Below, in pieces: positions 22,401 through 31,863 of a stretch of 64,000 nucleotides of DNA; position 1 is the first letter of the stretch; each line of letters opens with the position of its first letter. This DNA comes from a virus. Where the stretch lies: positions 1 to 64,000 of IMG/VR virus record IMGVR_UViG_3300030107_006707; one strand, written 5' to 3'. Made by a program: the position numbers and the translations under genes. Below the pieces are notes generated by a model, which was not told where the DNA came from, searched no databases, and saw only the letters and a program-made list of their open reading frames with translations.

Positions 22401-24849
22401 ACTTTGGCCATGGCATTAGATCTTTCTTGCCAATCTTGTTTTCTTGCTTGATTATCTCTTCAGCAAAATAAAGATACCCAAAGGTTGTTTGATTGTGTGC
22501 TTTATCTATAATCTTTTTACCACTTAGAAGTTCCTCTGGGAAAGGTTCATTTTCAACGTTGAAAGCTGCCCCTATTTCATTTTCAATTGTATCTCTATGA
22601 AATCCACTAAAATAAACTTTTGACTTGTGGATAATGTGTAATAATTTAAAATCATCAGTCAAGCAAAATTCAATCTGGTCGTCTTCTGAGAACTCTACTT
22701 TTTGCTCCTCCATAAATTCTCTAACACGATTATGGAAATTATTCACGGTGTTAGCCTCAATATGAAGCTCCCTCATTCCAATTTCTCTTTCCTTTTTACC
22801 ACGGTTGCTGGAAACGGGGCCATTTATTATTTCGTTATAATTGACGAACACCTTATGTACCTTAAGTCCGAGGTCGCTCAATTGTTTAATGCTGTGTGAA
22901 AACTTTTTCTTTGATCTTTTGTCGCTAGCTTTGATTGCTCTAGAAATTGTTAAGATATCTAGGCTTGTACTTTGTTCTTTTGATGCATCAAGGAATTCAT
23001 CTTTTTCTATGAACAAGCGCATTAGAGCTTGAGCGTTTGGTCGCTCAGGGTAGTTAGCTATAAAATCATGTTCTATGGCTTGTGGAAAATCCTCTGTTTC
23101 AGGTCTTCCAAATCTTCTACAAATTGCATTATAAAAACGAAGTCGTTCTGCTGCACGCTGCTGTTCAAATTCTTGTTTTGTTATAATAGAACCACTGGCG
23201 GTGCCTACAGCCCAATAACTTCCATCACCATCAGTGGGTACCCTTGGATTAAAGTAAGCAAATATTTCACCTTTCTCTTTTGGAACATTTGTTTTCCAAT
23301 CATCAAAATTAACAGCCTCAGTCGCTGTCTTTTTATTATTTGCATCCTCATCTTTTTGTGCTGGTTTAACATCTTCAAGAGGAGATTCTGTCTTAACTCT
23401 TTTTTCTAAAAAGTAAGTTCTGTTGCCACCCTGGCGAACAACTGCTCTTACTTCTCTAGGTGTTCTCTCTGGTTCTCTAACCTCTAAGACCTTTCCAATT
23501 GGATCATTTGCTACAACATAAGTGTAAGCTGTTTTTTGATTTGGGGGCTCCCCAACAATTTTTCTTCTAATACCTGCGATACCATGAGATCTATAATATT
23601 CAATCTCTTGAAATCTAATCGTGGCTTTCTGTTGAGACTTCTGAGCATCACCTCTTGTATTACCAAGTTCTGCTATTCTATTCGCAAAGTGTTGTGATCC
23701 AAGATATATTTTTGCAATATTCTCATATGAAATAAGCTCTGTGGGTATTTGCCCATTACCACTTTCTGGCCTAACTGGTGGCTGTTTTGGTGCAATGTTT
23801 TGTCCTTGGTTTACTTTTATTCTATAAATAAATTTCTTCTTATCAGGATCAGTTCTTGTATCATAAACGTTATTTTGTATAGCTAAATTTGTTACGTCTG
23901 TCCATTCTTCCTTACCGACTGTAATATTATTTGAACCTGATATATTCATCTCCAAAGATTCAACCATCTTGTTAAATCTTTTAGAAACAGCACGGCTCAT
24001 ATTGCCCGACTTACCGTTGGGCAAAGTATATCGCCAGTTAGTAGGACGAGAGCGAGAATCAAATCCGCCTGTATAAATAGCCTCTCTACCTTCAACTGGT
24101 GGAGGTTCTGCTTGTTTATAATCTGGTTGCTGTCTTCTGGCTACTGTTGCGTCGTTTTTCTGTAGTGCTGTACGTGGAGGCTTGGGTTTTGGCTTCAATT
24201 CGTTAGCTTCTGTGGCAGCTTTATCAGCGGATTCTTTAATCTCCTTATCCTCTTCGGCAGTTGGTACTACTTCTTTACGCTCAGGGGTTACAGGCTTTTC
24301 TTCTGTTGTGGTAGCAGATTGTATAACCATTCCTCTGGCGGCCATAATCTTACGGCAATATATAATCCCAGGCTCGTTTCCTACCTCAGATTTTTCAAGA
24401 TATTTAAAAACATGCCTTACTTTACCTTGTTTATCCCTTGTCTCAGCAAACGCTCCAATTAGGTGTGGATGGAGTGCTGCGTAGTATAAAACGTCTAGGT
24501 AATCAATTGTTGTATTTATCCTTAGTCCCGAAAACCTATCTCTGCTTATGGGATATGGAAATGCAAATGGTATATATCTTTTTACACAAAAATGAATCCA
24601 CTTTTGTTTGAATTGTATAAGACTGTCAGATTTTGTTTTTTGTTGATACTGTTTTAGCCAGGCAGTGCCCTGTAGCCCTGCTCTCTCCAAAGTAGAAATT
24701 GGTTTTGTAGGCGTCCAGTAAGCCTCATTTAAAAATGCAGCAGCGTCTGGGTTAGCATCTACCTGTGATTTTTCCTCTTTTGAAAGAGGGCGAAGATCTG
24801 GTTCTGGGTTTCCTGCTAAGTCTTGTTCTACAGTTTCCGTTTGTGACAT
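19447..24849 (-). CDS. Large hypothetical structural protein (1800 aa), baseplate module
   Basis: Long ORF coupled to the gp25-like gene; helical/acidic central part; no recognisable catalytic motif. Confidence 0.6.
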   Translation of the reverse strand: MSQTETVEQDLAGNPEPDLRPLSKEEKSQVDANPDAAAFLNEAYWTPTKPISTLERAGLQGTAWLKQYQQKTKSDSLIQFKQKWIHFCVKRYIPFAFPYPISRDRFSGLRINTTIDYLDVLYYAALHPHLIGAFAETRDKQGKVRHVFKYLEKSEVGNEPGIIYCRKIMAARGMVIQSATTTEEKPVTPERKEVVPTAEEDKEIKESADKAATEANELKPKPKPPRTALQKNDATVARRQQPDYKQAEPPPVEGREAIYTGGFDSRSRPTNWRYTLPNGKSGNMSRAVSKRFNKMVESLEMNISGSNNITVGKEEWTDVTNLAIQNNVYDTRTDPDKKKFIYRIKVNQGQNIAPKQPPVRPESGNGQIPTELISYENIAKIYLGSQHFANRIAELGNTRGDAQKSQQKATIRFQEIEYYRSHGIAGIRRKIVGEPPNQKTAYTYVVANDPIGKVLEVREPERTPREVRAVVRQGGNRTYFLEKRVKTESPLEDVKPAQKDEDANNKKTATEAVNFDDWKTNVPKEKGEIFAYFNPRVPTDGDGSYWAVGTASGSIITKQEFEQQRAAERLRFYNAICRRFGRPETEDFPQAIEHDFIANYPERPNAQALMRLFIEKDEFLDASKEQSTSLDILTISRAIKASDKRSKKKFSHSIKQLSDLGLKVHKVFVNYNEIINGPVSSNRGKKEREIGMRELHIEANTVNNFHNRVREFMEEQKVEFSEDDQIEFCLTDDFKLLHIIHKSKVYFSGFHRDTIENEIGAAFNVENEPFPEELLSGKKIIDKAHNQTTFGYLYFAEEIIKQENKIGKKDLMPWPKFLQLYTFPVPEINPDKAKPVQGSDEESPTEIETNVSGDGVATGQGVTNSLEPRSVTEGSLFAYENDPEKEEKESARSSRVKNLEIKAQDAVLNCDNLPELAKQIKSIEDIFDIVLDRITLLELFGELANKSLQDLKKNFALLDLVEGFSPEGLNAFSDRFDKFVDDELSCVMDFVGKSLVEELFNGIKLEDLDINNLEDVISPERVSNYFGINIPLIPIMGLLDFIRKIVKEAIEKALTEVLLALVIEGLESFLGCDGLPASLADDLAAKLPDPNQALNFGAKKLNDFLKDQGIDLEAVANKLNSSLENLENFMEVLSATLNAAEIRSLLEGDPGTILLAIVEELMERFGLDPAQGKNTFKDIGQSIPRSALLDFVPEKYYVEFCDERDFVNAAQISKDLLRNKGLTDEDQKNQALDNIEAATEKLKSLCDLKSLAEDGLANALAGIPMPSVLSDIQGSSETALQNSMNSSVFIELEKFMLASSKSGGLFSGGDRISCITMGNENEQTKLLLFGDDPDREIDNALISYSGQIGQYQIGNLRLYLGQQDETEFDSPNKIIIYRKGVNLQQILSNPTLAKDDRNVLVNLTMPSIIDSNPIENYGSRDRDPIDLLPESRIAVNTQLIHGFGFSKRQIVSSFNKADAILRPPTAQEAGSYPKPFLDNIVYDRGDGLEFLNAAFSFPFGREKPDKSPRQQYIESPLFDIETAYNILYSKIEDAPTLINAGPNFEKKTKRKNMLSGISARVYPYFCSIWPIFSDSRSLQGFRGESPVGRIQFASSDAEITNETEGRGGPDIIMRKMIVNYLARKIRFDLEDERLDEVYNKVIQEDYSLEEVIDAIIEPLFSDPINNKENLYRLSPEVGGGGFFDYGAVFKEYYDLLPQQIRIRILESAQAVSPPQDNEVDYLERIFAEKDSLRAPGEPEVPGYPPDNVYSPIQALCAMATIYLDASTNIDSLIGTTFSSTKNTADTILKKMVSISEGSFK

Positions 24850-24863
24850 TTTGTGATCCTTTT

Positions 24864-25799
24864 TTAGTTAGTCATATTATGTCTACTAACTAATTTGTCC
24901 TCTGAATATTTGTTCTTAAGTTTTTGTATTTCAAGATTACCTTTGAATGTAGCTAAGTAGCTCATCGCCAAAGTACTATATGTTATACCCACCGAGGCAG
25001 CTAGTGCCTTGCCTGGAAATGCTGCTATACCAACTAGTCCAGCAGGTGTTGGTGAAGGAATCATTCCCGTTGCACCTGCTTGGACTGCGATCGCTAGATA
25101 TTCTACTATATTTGATAATTGATTAACGACTTCCATGGTCTGATCTAAGGCTTCTATTAGATTTTTGCCTTTGACAAGCGGCTGCATATTTGTAGTATCG
25201 TTGCCAGCAATCAATTCAATCCCTGGCCTTCCTCTGATTGGTCCTTTCAAAGAGTTCTTGTTTTCTGTCTTTGTTACCAATTTGAGGCTTTCCCGACCAA
25301 CTAATCTAATACAGTCAGCTTTTGCTAGTATAGCCGATCTGCCTTGTGGCGCACCATATCTTCCGCCTGTGGAAATATTAAATGCACTATCAATATCTGT
25401 TTTTTGTGACATGTAAAAAGTGGCTGCATCTTTGGATGGACTTGGTTGTAAAAATAATCTTTCCTCTATTACTTTTTTACCTTCCTTCTTGATGTTTGAC
25501 TCTTTTACATCACGACCATGAAGACCAGCTATCAACCTAATAGTAGATGCATGAGTGTGCCCCGCACCACCATATCCATCTCGTCCATCGCCTGGCCTAT
25601 CTCTGCCCATTATAATAAAGTTATTATTTTGTCCCTCTATTACTTTTTCCTGACCCTTTATTAATAGATTACCATGAGGTTCTGTAATGTGCGTATGATC
25701 TATACCGCCTACATCACCCTTTTTTCTTTCTATAAGTTGTTTCTTTATTTGTGAAACACCCTCTATACTAACTGCTTTTACTGTGCGGTCTTTACTCAT
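24864..25799 (-). CDS. Probable baseplate spike / gp5 C-terminal-like protein
   Basis: Start moved to the ATG at 25799 (ATGA overlap with upstream stop); beta-strand repeats (FIIMGRDR, IRLIAG, ILAKADCIRLVGRESLKLVT); follows the tail lysin. Confidence 0.5.
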   Translation of the reverse strand: MSKDRTVKAVSIEGVSQIKKQLIERKKGDVGGIDHTHITEPHGNLLIKGQEKVIEGQNNNFIIMGRDRPGDGRDGYGGAGHTHASTIRLIAGLHGRDVKESNIKKEGKKVIEERLFLQPSPSKDAATFYMSQKTDIDSAFNISTGGRYGAPQGRSAILAKADCIRLVGRESLKLVTKTENKNSLKGPIRGRPGIELIAGNDTTNMQPLVKGKNLIEALDQTMEVVNQLSNIVEYLAIAVQAGATGMIPSPTPAGLVGIAAFPGKALAASVGITYSTLAMSYLATFKGNLEIQKLKNKYSEDKLVSRHNMTN

Positions 25800-27895
25800 G
25801 CAAATACTCCATCCCAAGTTGGGTGGTTTCGTTTGACCCTAGAGAACCTAAGTCTTTTAGCTCTTTTGCCTTTGAACTCCCAATGCCATCTCTCACTTCT
25901 AACAGTGCGTACAAATCCGAAACGGTGAGCATTTTGACAAAGCCACTTGTAAACTGGACTAGGCACATTTTTACTTATAGGGCTACCTGTGCGAATATCA
26001 ACTGCTATCCCACTCTGGTGATTAGACCTACCTGGCGCTGCTGTTTTAGGTTTAAATTTACTTGATGGAGCAGTTACAAGGTATCTGTTGTCTCCTACTT
26101 TACTCTTATTAATAACATTCTGTCTTCTTAGAGCAAACTGAGATTCAAATGTTCTCTGTCCAGAGTTTAGAATAATGTGGTGTCCCTGTCTCTGAGCAGC
26201 CGCTCTCATTTTTTCAAATGCTTGTGCAACTGGTTCCCACACTCTCTTGGTCTGGTTATTTGGTCTGCTCATAAGATTGTTGTTATATTTTTTGACGTCC
26301 TTAGCTGGTGCGCCCCTTTGGCGTATGCGGCCTGTTCTAGTATTATAACGATCTACTGTTACGGTCGGTGTTGTATCAGGTTGGCGCTGGCGGCTTGCGA
26401 GTTGAGCGTTTGGTTGAACTGGTCCTATATCACCATATGCTTTTTTTAATTTACCCCCATAATACACAGGCTGACCTGGACCATTGTATATCTCTGCCAT
26501 TTTAACAAAGTTTAAAGAAGCTTCTGGTTTTATAGCTTGTCTTTTGAATCTCTTGTTATCATTAAACCAGGCTATCATTAGATCGTCAGATGTTTTAACT
26601 GGGTCATTATTAAATAGTGCAACTGCGGCTTCGGGATCTTTGTTTACCCTAAGAAGGTATACTCCCATGACCTGTGCTGATCCCCACGAGGTTGATAATA
26701 TCGCAGCCTTTGGATCTAATTGGAATGCTTTCTTAAATGCGCTTTTATTTGTTTCGTTTCTCTTCCTACTGAGGTACCAGGCTTTATCCTTGCTAGCAGG
26801 AGGTCTTTTACTTCTTGGTGTATAATCAATCTTTCCCTTTAGATCAGGTCTTGCCCATGGCCGTCTTTTTCTATTCCTGCTCAAAAAAGCATGAGGTTCA
26901 AATCTGATCGCTCGTGGGTTGTTTCTGCTTTCTATTGTAAAAATAGCTAATATAATTCTTACTGGGATACCTGTTGCTTTTGATATTCTGTATGCTCTTG
27001 AAACTTTATCTGTTCGTAGACTTCTATCTTCGCTGCTGGGAACCGATCCACCTCTGGCTGTTTGATTATCTGATTGCGACACATCAGCAAGTTGATACGA
27101 TGTATTACATTTTATCTTTTCTGCCGATTCACCGCTAGGTGTTGACTCTTTTTGTTTGTCTTCTTTCGCTAGCTTTTTCTTTGTAGTTGGCACCCCACTA
27201 GCAGCCGCACCAGCAACTGTACCTACTGTGCTACCTAGTTCTTTTCTAGATTTGTTGGGTAGAGGTGTGCCATCAGCATCTTTACCTGATTGTATTTCTG
27301 CATTTCTGCCAGGTAAACTTTCGCCTGCATTATGTGTTGTACTCATGCCTTGGGATAAAACTTCTTTACACCCCTTTGTGGATTGGAAGATAGTAAAATC
27401 ATCTTGCTGTTTCTGTCCGCCACGATGGAAACCTAGAATAATACCACCTGCTAGTGGATTATTTCTATCATAATATATGACATCCACAATAGATCCAATT
27501 GTTGGCTTTACGCCCCCTAGAGTGCTCAACGGACCCACAAAGGAGGGATACTGATCTATGATATTATCATTTTTATCAGTTGGGAATCTTTTAGCTACAT
27601 CTTTTGTTAGGGCTTTTATGATAATTGATTGATTACCTGTTGCAGAGAACAAAGCACTGTTTCCAGATGTCCTAGAGTCATCTTGCTCGCTTACCCTTAG
27701 TACCATAGCCATTTCAAAAACCCGAGCGTTACCCACATCGGGAGATGCTTTCTCTACTTGTGTTTCAGCGGCTGATCTGACAATACTTTTTGGCTTTTGT
27801 ATACTTGCAGGTGAATTAGCTGGTACATTACTGATAGTATCCACCATGTCTAAAAATTTATCAAATACTGTATCTTTTCTATCCTTAGTGGACAT
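25796..27895 (-). CDS. Tail-associated peptidoglycan hydrolase: N-terminal OB-like region + N-acetylmuramidase (DUF3380) + M15B/VanY peptidase
   Basis: Muramidase motifs IES..IRFEPH...STSWGSAQVMG...YNGPG; M15B motifs NSGQRT..Q...APGRSNHQSGIAVD...FGF...ERWHWEF; N-terminal PTIGSIVDV. Confidence 0.85.
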   Translation of the reverse strand: MSTKDRKDTVFDKFLDMVDTISNVPANSPASIQKPKSIVRSAAETQVEKASPDVGNARVFEMAMVLRVSEQDDSRTSGNSALFSATGNQSIIIKALTKDVAKRFPTDKNDNIIDQYPSFVGPLSTLGGVKPTIGSIVDVIYYDRNNPLAGGIILGFHRGGQKQQDDFTIFQSTKGCKEVLSQGMSTTHNAGESLPGRNAEIQSGKDADGTPLPNKSRKELGSTVGTVAGAAASGVPTTKKKLAKEDKQKESTPSGESAEKIKCNTSYQLADVSQSDNQTARGGSVPSSEDRSLRTDKVSRAYRISKATGIPVRIILAIFTIESRNNPRAIRFEPHAFLSRNRKRRPWARPDLKGKIDYTPRSKRPPASKDKAWYLSRKRNETNKSAFKKAFQLDPKAAILSTSWGSAQVMGVYLLRVNKDPEAAVALFNNDPVKTSDDLMIAWFNDNKRFKRQAIKPEASLNFVKMAEIYNGPGQPVYYGGKLKKAYGDIGPVQPNAQLASRQRQPDTTPTVTVDRYNTRTGRIRQRGAPAKDVKKYNNNLMSRPNNQTKRVWEPVAQAFEKMRAAAQRQGHHIILNSGQRTFESQFALRRQNVINKSKVGDNRYLVTAPSSKFKPKTAAPGRSNHQSGIAVDIRTGSPISKNVPSPVYKWLCQNAHRFGFVRTVRSERWHWEFKGKRAKRLRFSRVKRNHPTWDGVFA

Positions 27896-28191
27896 TATTC
27901 ACCACCACTTTGGATTATATCAAACAATTCATCTTTATCTATTTCTGTTAGATTTTGAGATTTATTAGAAGACTCTTTTTTGTGAACAATAGCAGCCAGC
28001 TTAACTAGCTGCTCATTTGATCTCTGTAACGTCTCTACTAGTTTTGCTGCTACAGTACCAGACTCAGCATATCTATCTTTTGATACCGATAGATAATCTT
28101 TCAATTCTGTTAGTAACTCTTCTGTTGTGGCCCTATCATCATCTATATTGGTTAGGGCTCTAGCTATCAATACATCTAGTTTGTCTGACAT
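27895..28191 (-). CDS. Hypothetical helical protein
   Basis: 98-aa ORF tightly packed between the sigma factor and lysin genes (KLVETLQRSNEQLVKLA). Confidence 0.7.
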   Translation of the reverse strand: MSDKLDVLIARALTNIDDDRATTEELLTELKDYLSVSKDRYAESGTVAAKLVETLQRSNEQLVKLAAIVHKKESSNKSQNLTEIDKDELFDIIQSGGE

Positions 28192-28195
28192 TCAT

Positions 28196-28882
28196 TTACA
28201 CCTCGCCTTCATTCCATTTTTTATTAAACTCACGATATTTTGCACGAAGCCTCTTAAGTCCACCCACAACTTGTTTTGTGTTTAGACCAGTGATTTCACG
28301 CATGTATAAATAAATAGCCTTCTTGTTGAAAATCTGAATCTTGTCAATGTTAGTAAACAGCGTTCTTATAGCACCAAGAACTTTTCTTTCGTTCTCTCGC
28401 AAATCCTCTGTTTCCCAGCTATCAATTTCTTGCATTAAAAAAAGCCAAAACTGTCTATCCTCTATTTCGTTACTAATGTCTGTGTCTTCATCTACTTTAG
28501 AAGACTCTAATTTTAGAGCTATAGAATCATACTGAACTTCTCTTCTATTCTTCTTGGATTGTTTTTTAGCTTGGTGGGTAAACCAGTTTTTAGTTACCAC
28601 TGAATAATATGAATACGCTTTTGTACCCCTATCAGCATTAAACTTATCTAAGATTGTAGTCAGCCATAATTTACAATCCTCTTTGAGAGTGTCTATATTT
28701 TCTAATGAGGTAAACTTATAAGTGTATACTATTTTATCTACTAACTCATTTAGCGCTGGCTGTATCTCTTCTATGTACAGAGTTGTTCGGCGGTTTATAT
28801 CATCCGTGCTGGCATACTCTACAATTGCCTTCTCTGTTTCTTTGGTAAAATATAATCTTTTAGATTTTGTCTTCTTCGGCAT
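28196..28882 (-). CDS. Phage RNA polymerase sigma factor (probably late)
   Basis: YFTKETEKAI..Y; region 2-like KF...RGTKAYSYYSVVTKN; C-terminal HTH-like NKKAIYLYMREITGL. Confidence 0.75.
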   Translation of the reverse strand: MPKKTKSKRLYFTKETEKAIVEYASTDDINRRTTLYIEEIQPALNELVDKIVYTYKFTSLENIDTLKEDCKLWLTTILDKFNADRGTKAYSYYSVVTKNWFTHQAKKQSKKNRREVQYDSIALKLESSKVDEDTDISNEIEDRQFWLFLMQEIDSWETEDLRENERKVLGAIRTLFTNIDKIQIFNKKAIYLYMREITGLNTKQVVGGLKRLRAKYREFNKKWNEGEV

Positions 28883-29174
28883 AATCTTCCATTTCCTCTT
28901 CTAGTTCTAGATCCAGAGAAAATGATTGACTATATCCATTTACAAAGTTTAATGCTTCATTTGTGTGACGAAGCAAGTTAGTGATAGTTTCATCGCCAAA
29001 GTAGGCCTCCATCTGACTAATGTCTCGCACATGGTCTCTATACTCGCCAATCACATCTATAAACTCTTCAAAGTTATTCCTGAAGCTTGTAAATTGTGTT
29101 GCTAGTTGGCGTAAATACCAAATAAATACAATGTTTATAATCAAACTAATAGAAAATAATATCCAAGATATCAT
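28860..29174 (-). CDS. Small membrane-anchored coiled-coil protein
   Basis: N-terminal hydrophobic helix ISWILFSISLIINIVFIWYL followed by a heptad region. Confidence 0.7.
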   Translation of the reverse strand: MISWILFSISLIINIVFIWYLRQLATQFTSFRNNFEEFIDVIGEYRDHVRDISQMEAYFGDETITNLLRHTNEALNFVNGYSQSFSLDLELEEEMEDYAEEDKI

Positions 29175-29422
29175 GGTTTATAATCCTCCCTAGTTCTGTT
29201 TTTGTCTTTTTTAATTTCTTCTTTTGTTTCATTGATCGCTTTTTTTACTTCTGTACCTACGCTCTTTTTAACAGTACTAGGTCTATTGAACATAACCATG
29301 CTTGGTATCATGCTAATTTGTTCAGAACCACAATTTGTGCAGGCATTTAATTTATCGCTATATGAATGTGTCACTTCTAATACTTCTTGACAAGAAGCGC
29401 ACCTATATGTATATCTAGGCAT
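29171..29422 (-). CDS. FmdB-family zinc-ribbon protein
   Basis: Start reassigned to MPRYTYRCASC...CTNCGS (ATG at 29422), the FmdB CxxC..CxxC signature. Confidence 0.8.
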   Translation of the reverse strand: MPRYTYRCASCQEVLEVTHSYSDKLNACTNCGSEQISMIPSMVMFNRPSTVKKSVGTEVKKAINETKEEIKKDKNRTREDYKP

Positions 29423-29615
29423 TATCGGTAGCTTGTGATTCCTCAAAAGCTTGTTGGCTTTCAGCCACAAACTCAGGTGGGTTACTAACCCATACCTCAT
29501 CATCACGAACTTCCAAATCCCAGTCTTCCAACAGAACTGTAATATCTGTTTCCTCAATTAAACATTTCTGCAATGTCATTAGTAGTGTTCCAACTGCTTG
29601 TTTAGAAAGTTTCAT
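29415..29615 (-). CDS. Small hypothetical protein
   Basis: 66-aa ORF with AAGGAG RBS; overlaps next start. Confidence 0.7.
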   Translation of the reverse strand: MKLSKQAVGTLLMTLQKCLIEETDITVLLEDWDLEVRDDEVWVSNPPEFVAESQQAFEESQATDNA

Positions 29616-29626
29616 TTTATTTCTCC

Positions 29627-29655
29627 TTTATATAATACTAAAATACATTTGTCAA
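29627..29655 (-). promoter_or_regulatory. Possible sigma70-like promoter TTGACA-N17-TATAAA
   Basis: Perfect -35 and near-consensus -10 in the intergenic gap; caveat: the predicted start site would fall very close to the RBS. Confidence 0.4.
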
Positions 29656-29659
29656 GTTG

Positions 29660-30649
29660 TTAAATTTTGTTTATCAAATTACAAATATATTGTGAAGCTT
29701 GCCCATTACCATATGGGCATTTTTTATCTGATAAGTCTACTTTAGTGGCCCAATGCTCTACAAGTCCCTGCAATTGTCTTGGCTCTTTACACAAGAGCGA
29801 AAACGTATCCAAGCCTTCTACCCTCTCAGTAAAATCACGACATACAATACAAGGCTTTTTGAGGAATGCGGCTTCTTCCTGTACACCGCCACTATCAGTT
29901 ATTATAAATGCACAGGATGCAAGTTCATCAATAAATTCTGCATGTCCCATTGGATCAACTACCTTAACATCTGGTAATAGATTAGCATATTTCTTCACCT
30001 CTGGGTTGGGATGTATTGGTAAAATAAAATCAAGGTGTTTATACTTTTGTGCTAAGTTATTAATTGTTTCAAACCATACTTGTATCTGATCTAGCTTTTC
30101 TCTACGATGTAATGTGACTATTACCTTATTAGACGTAGAAACCTTCACATCATTCAAATGATCTAGTACGGTATTACCAACAACAAATATATTCTTACGC
30201 CCCTCTTTCTTTAGGTTTTTAGCTGCTGTGTGCGTTGGGCATAAATGAATCTCTGCTAGGGCAGAAATAGCAGCCCTATTAAACTCCTCGGGGTATGGAC
30301 TATATTTATCATATGTTCTAAGACCAGCCTCTAAATGTGATACTGGTATCCTTCTATGAAAAGCTGCAAGCGCTGTTGCAAATGCAGACGAGGTATCTCC
30401 TTGCACCATTACATTTGTTATATCGTCAAATATCTCTTCTTTGTTTAATATTGATTGTACAATTGAATCTAAACGATTTGGTCCATCGCTGATTGACAAA
30501 ATATGATTTGGCTTTTCGGCCAGCCCAAGAAGGTCAGTATGCTGCCCTGTAAAGAAAGTTTTATAAAGCATACCTCGCTTTTTCATTTCCTCTATTACAG
30601 GTAGAACCTTTATGTACTCTGGTCTTGTCCCATACGTTATTAATAACAT
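29660..30649 (-). CDS. wecB: UDP-N-acetylglucosamine 2-epimerase (non-hydrolysing)
   Basis: GTRPE, TGQH, VQGDT, HLEAGLRT, PEEFNR, TLHRRE, TDSGGVQEEA, PYGNG motifs. Confidence 0.93.
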   Translation of the reverse strand: MLLITYGTRPEYIKVLPVIEEMKKRGMLYKTFFTGQHTDLLGLAEKPNHILSISDGPNRLDSIVQSILNKEEIFDDITNVMVQGDTSSAFATALAAFHRRIPVSHLEAGLRTYDKYSPYPEEFNRAAISALAEIHLCPTHTAAKNLKKEGRKNIFVVGNTVLDHLNDVKVSTSNKVIVTLHRREKLDQIQVWFETINNLAQKYKHLDFILPIHPNPEVKKYANLLPDVKVVDPMGHAEFIDELASCAFIITDSGGVQEEAAFLKKPCIVCRDFTERVEGLDTFSLLCKEPRQLQGLVEHWATKVDLSDKKCPYGNGQASQYICNLINKI

Positions 30650-30651
30650 TT

Positions 30652-31050
30652 TTACTCGCTAAGATATCTTACCACAAGGTCATGAATCTTCTCATCAACA
30701 TTTTGCTTCCATGAATCATCACCCTCTTTGATTTTGTTTCTAATATCGGTTGCTGATATGAACCCGACATCTTCAGGTGGCACATGCTCAATGATACCAT
30801 ATCCAACACCTCGTCCATAATTTACAGAGTCAATATCTGGGATAGCCATTACAACAACATCATGATCTTCATATGCTTTTTCTAACATCTTTACCGTCTG
30901 CTCAGTTGTAAATGGGTTCTTCTCATCTGGTGGAATATCTCTGACACATATCAAGATTGGTAAACCCTCATCTAACTTCTGTGACATAAGCCACTTGTGC
31001 CCATTATGAAATGGCTGCCAGCGGCCAATAAACATCGCTCTTCTACTCAT
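30652..31050 (-). CDS. Small HxGH nucleotidyltransferase (cytidylyltransferase-like), possibly a sulfate adenylyltransferase
   Basis: IGRWQPFHNGH and ISATDIR motifs; adjacent to cysC. Confidence 0.8.
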   Translation of the reverse strand: MSRRAMFIGRWQPFHNGHKWLMSQKLDEGLPILICVRDIPPDEKNPFTTEQTVKMLEKAYEDHDVVVMAIPDIDSVNYGRGVGYGIIEHVPPEDVGFISATDIRNKIKEGDDSWKQNVDEKIHDLVVRYLSE

Positions 31051-31069
31051 TGATTATCTCCTATATAAC

Positions 31070-31660
31070 TTAAAAGTATTCGTTATCTTCAAGGTATTTT
31101 ATTATCTGCTCGGCGCAGTCGTCTATCTTAGATTCGTGTGTCTCTACAACAACTTCTGGGTTTTCTGGATTTTCATATGGGGCGCTCACACCTGTAAAGT
31201 TTGGAATCTCACCACTTCGTGCTTTTTTATATAATCCTTTGGGATCTCTATCTTCACATGTCTCAAGTGGTGCCTTGACATATACCTCTATAAAATCTTT
31301 TCCTATAATATCTCTTGCAGATTGTCTACTTTTACGGTATGGAGAAATAAACGCTGTGCATACTATTGTACCAGATTCTCTCATCAAGTTAGCCACTTCA
31401 GATATCCGTCTTATGTTTTCAGTTCTATCCTCGGGTGAAAAACCAAGATCACTATTAAGTCCCATCCGTATATTATCGCCATCTAGCGTGTGAGTTTGGT
31501 AACCCCTCTGAAACAACAAATATTCTACAGCGTTAGCTAATGTAGACTTGCCCGAACCCGAAAGCCCTGTAAACCATAATACGGCTGGCCTGTGTTTGTT
31601 CTTTATAACTTTATCTTTGGTTGATATAGTAGCCCCATGAAAATGTAGATTGCTTGTCAT
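31070..31660 (-). CDS. cysC: Adenylyl-sulfate (APS) kinase
   Basis: [47 protein letters not shown]...YE.P. Confidence 0.95.
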   Translation of the reverse strand: MTSNLHFHGATISTKDKVIKNKHRPAVLWFTGLSGSGKSTLANAVEYLLFQRGYQTHTLDGDNIRMGLNSDLGFSPEDRTENIRRISEVANLMRESGTIVCTAFISPYRKSRQSARDIIGKDFIEVYVKAPLETCEDRDPKGLYKKARSGEIPNFTGVSAPYENPENPEVVVETHESKIDDCAEQIIKYLEDNEYF

Positions 31661-31863
31661 TTACTAACTCCATAATTAGAAAATTTATACCAGGCTCTTT
31701 CATGTCCATAATATAAAACTATCTTTGTTACTAATTCAACTGCGCCGATCTTAACGCCTACCATAGGGTCGCCTGATATAAGCCACCCTAACAACATAGT
31801 GTCTAAAGTTCCTACTACTCTCCAACTAACAGCTTTTGCTAGGTGTCGCTTCTTTGCTACCAT
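31657..31863 (-). CDS. DUF2061-like small membrane protein
   Basis: [15 protein letters not shown]...K..LYY.HERAW signature. Confidence 0.8.
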   Translation of the reverse strand: MVAKKRHLAKAVSWRVVGTLDTMLLGWLISGDPMVGVKIGAVELVTKIVLYYGHERAWYKFSNYGVSK

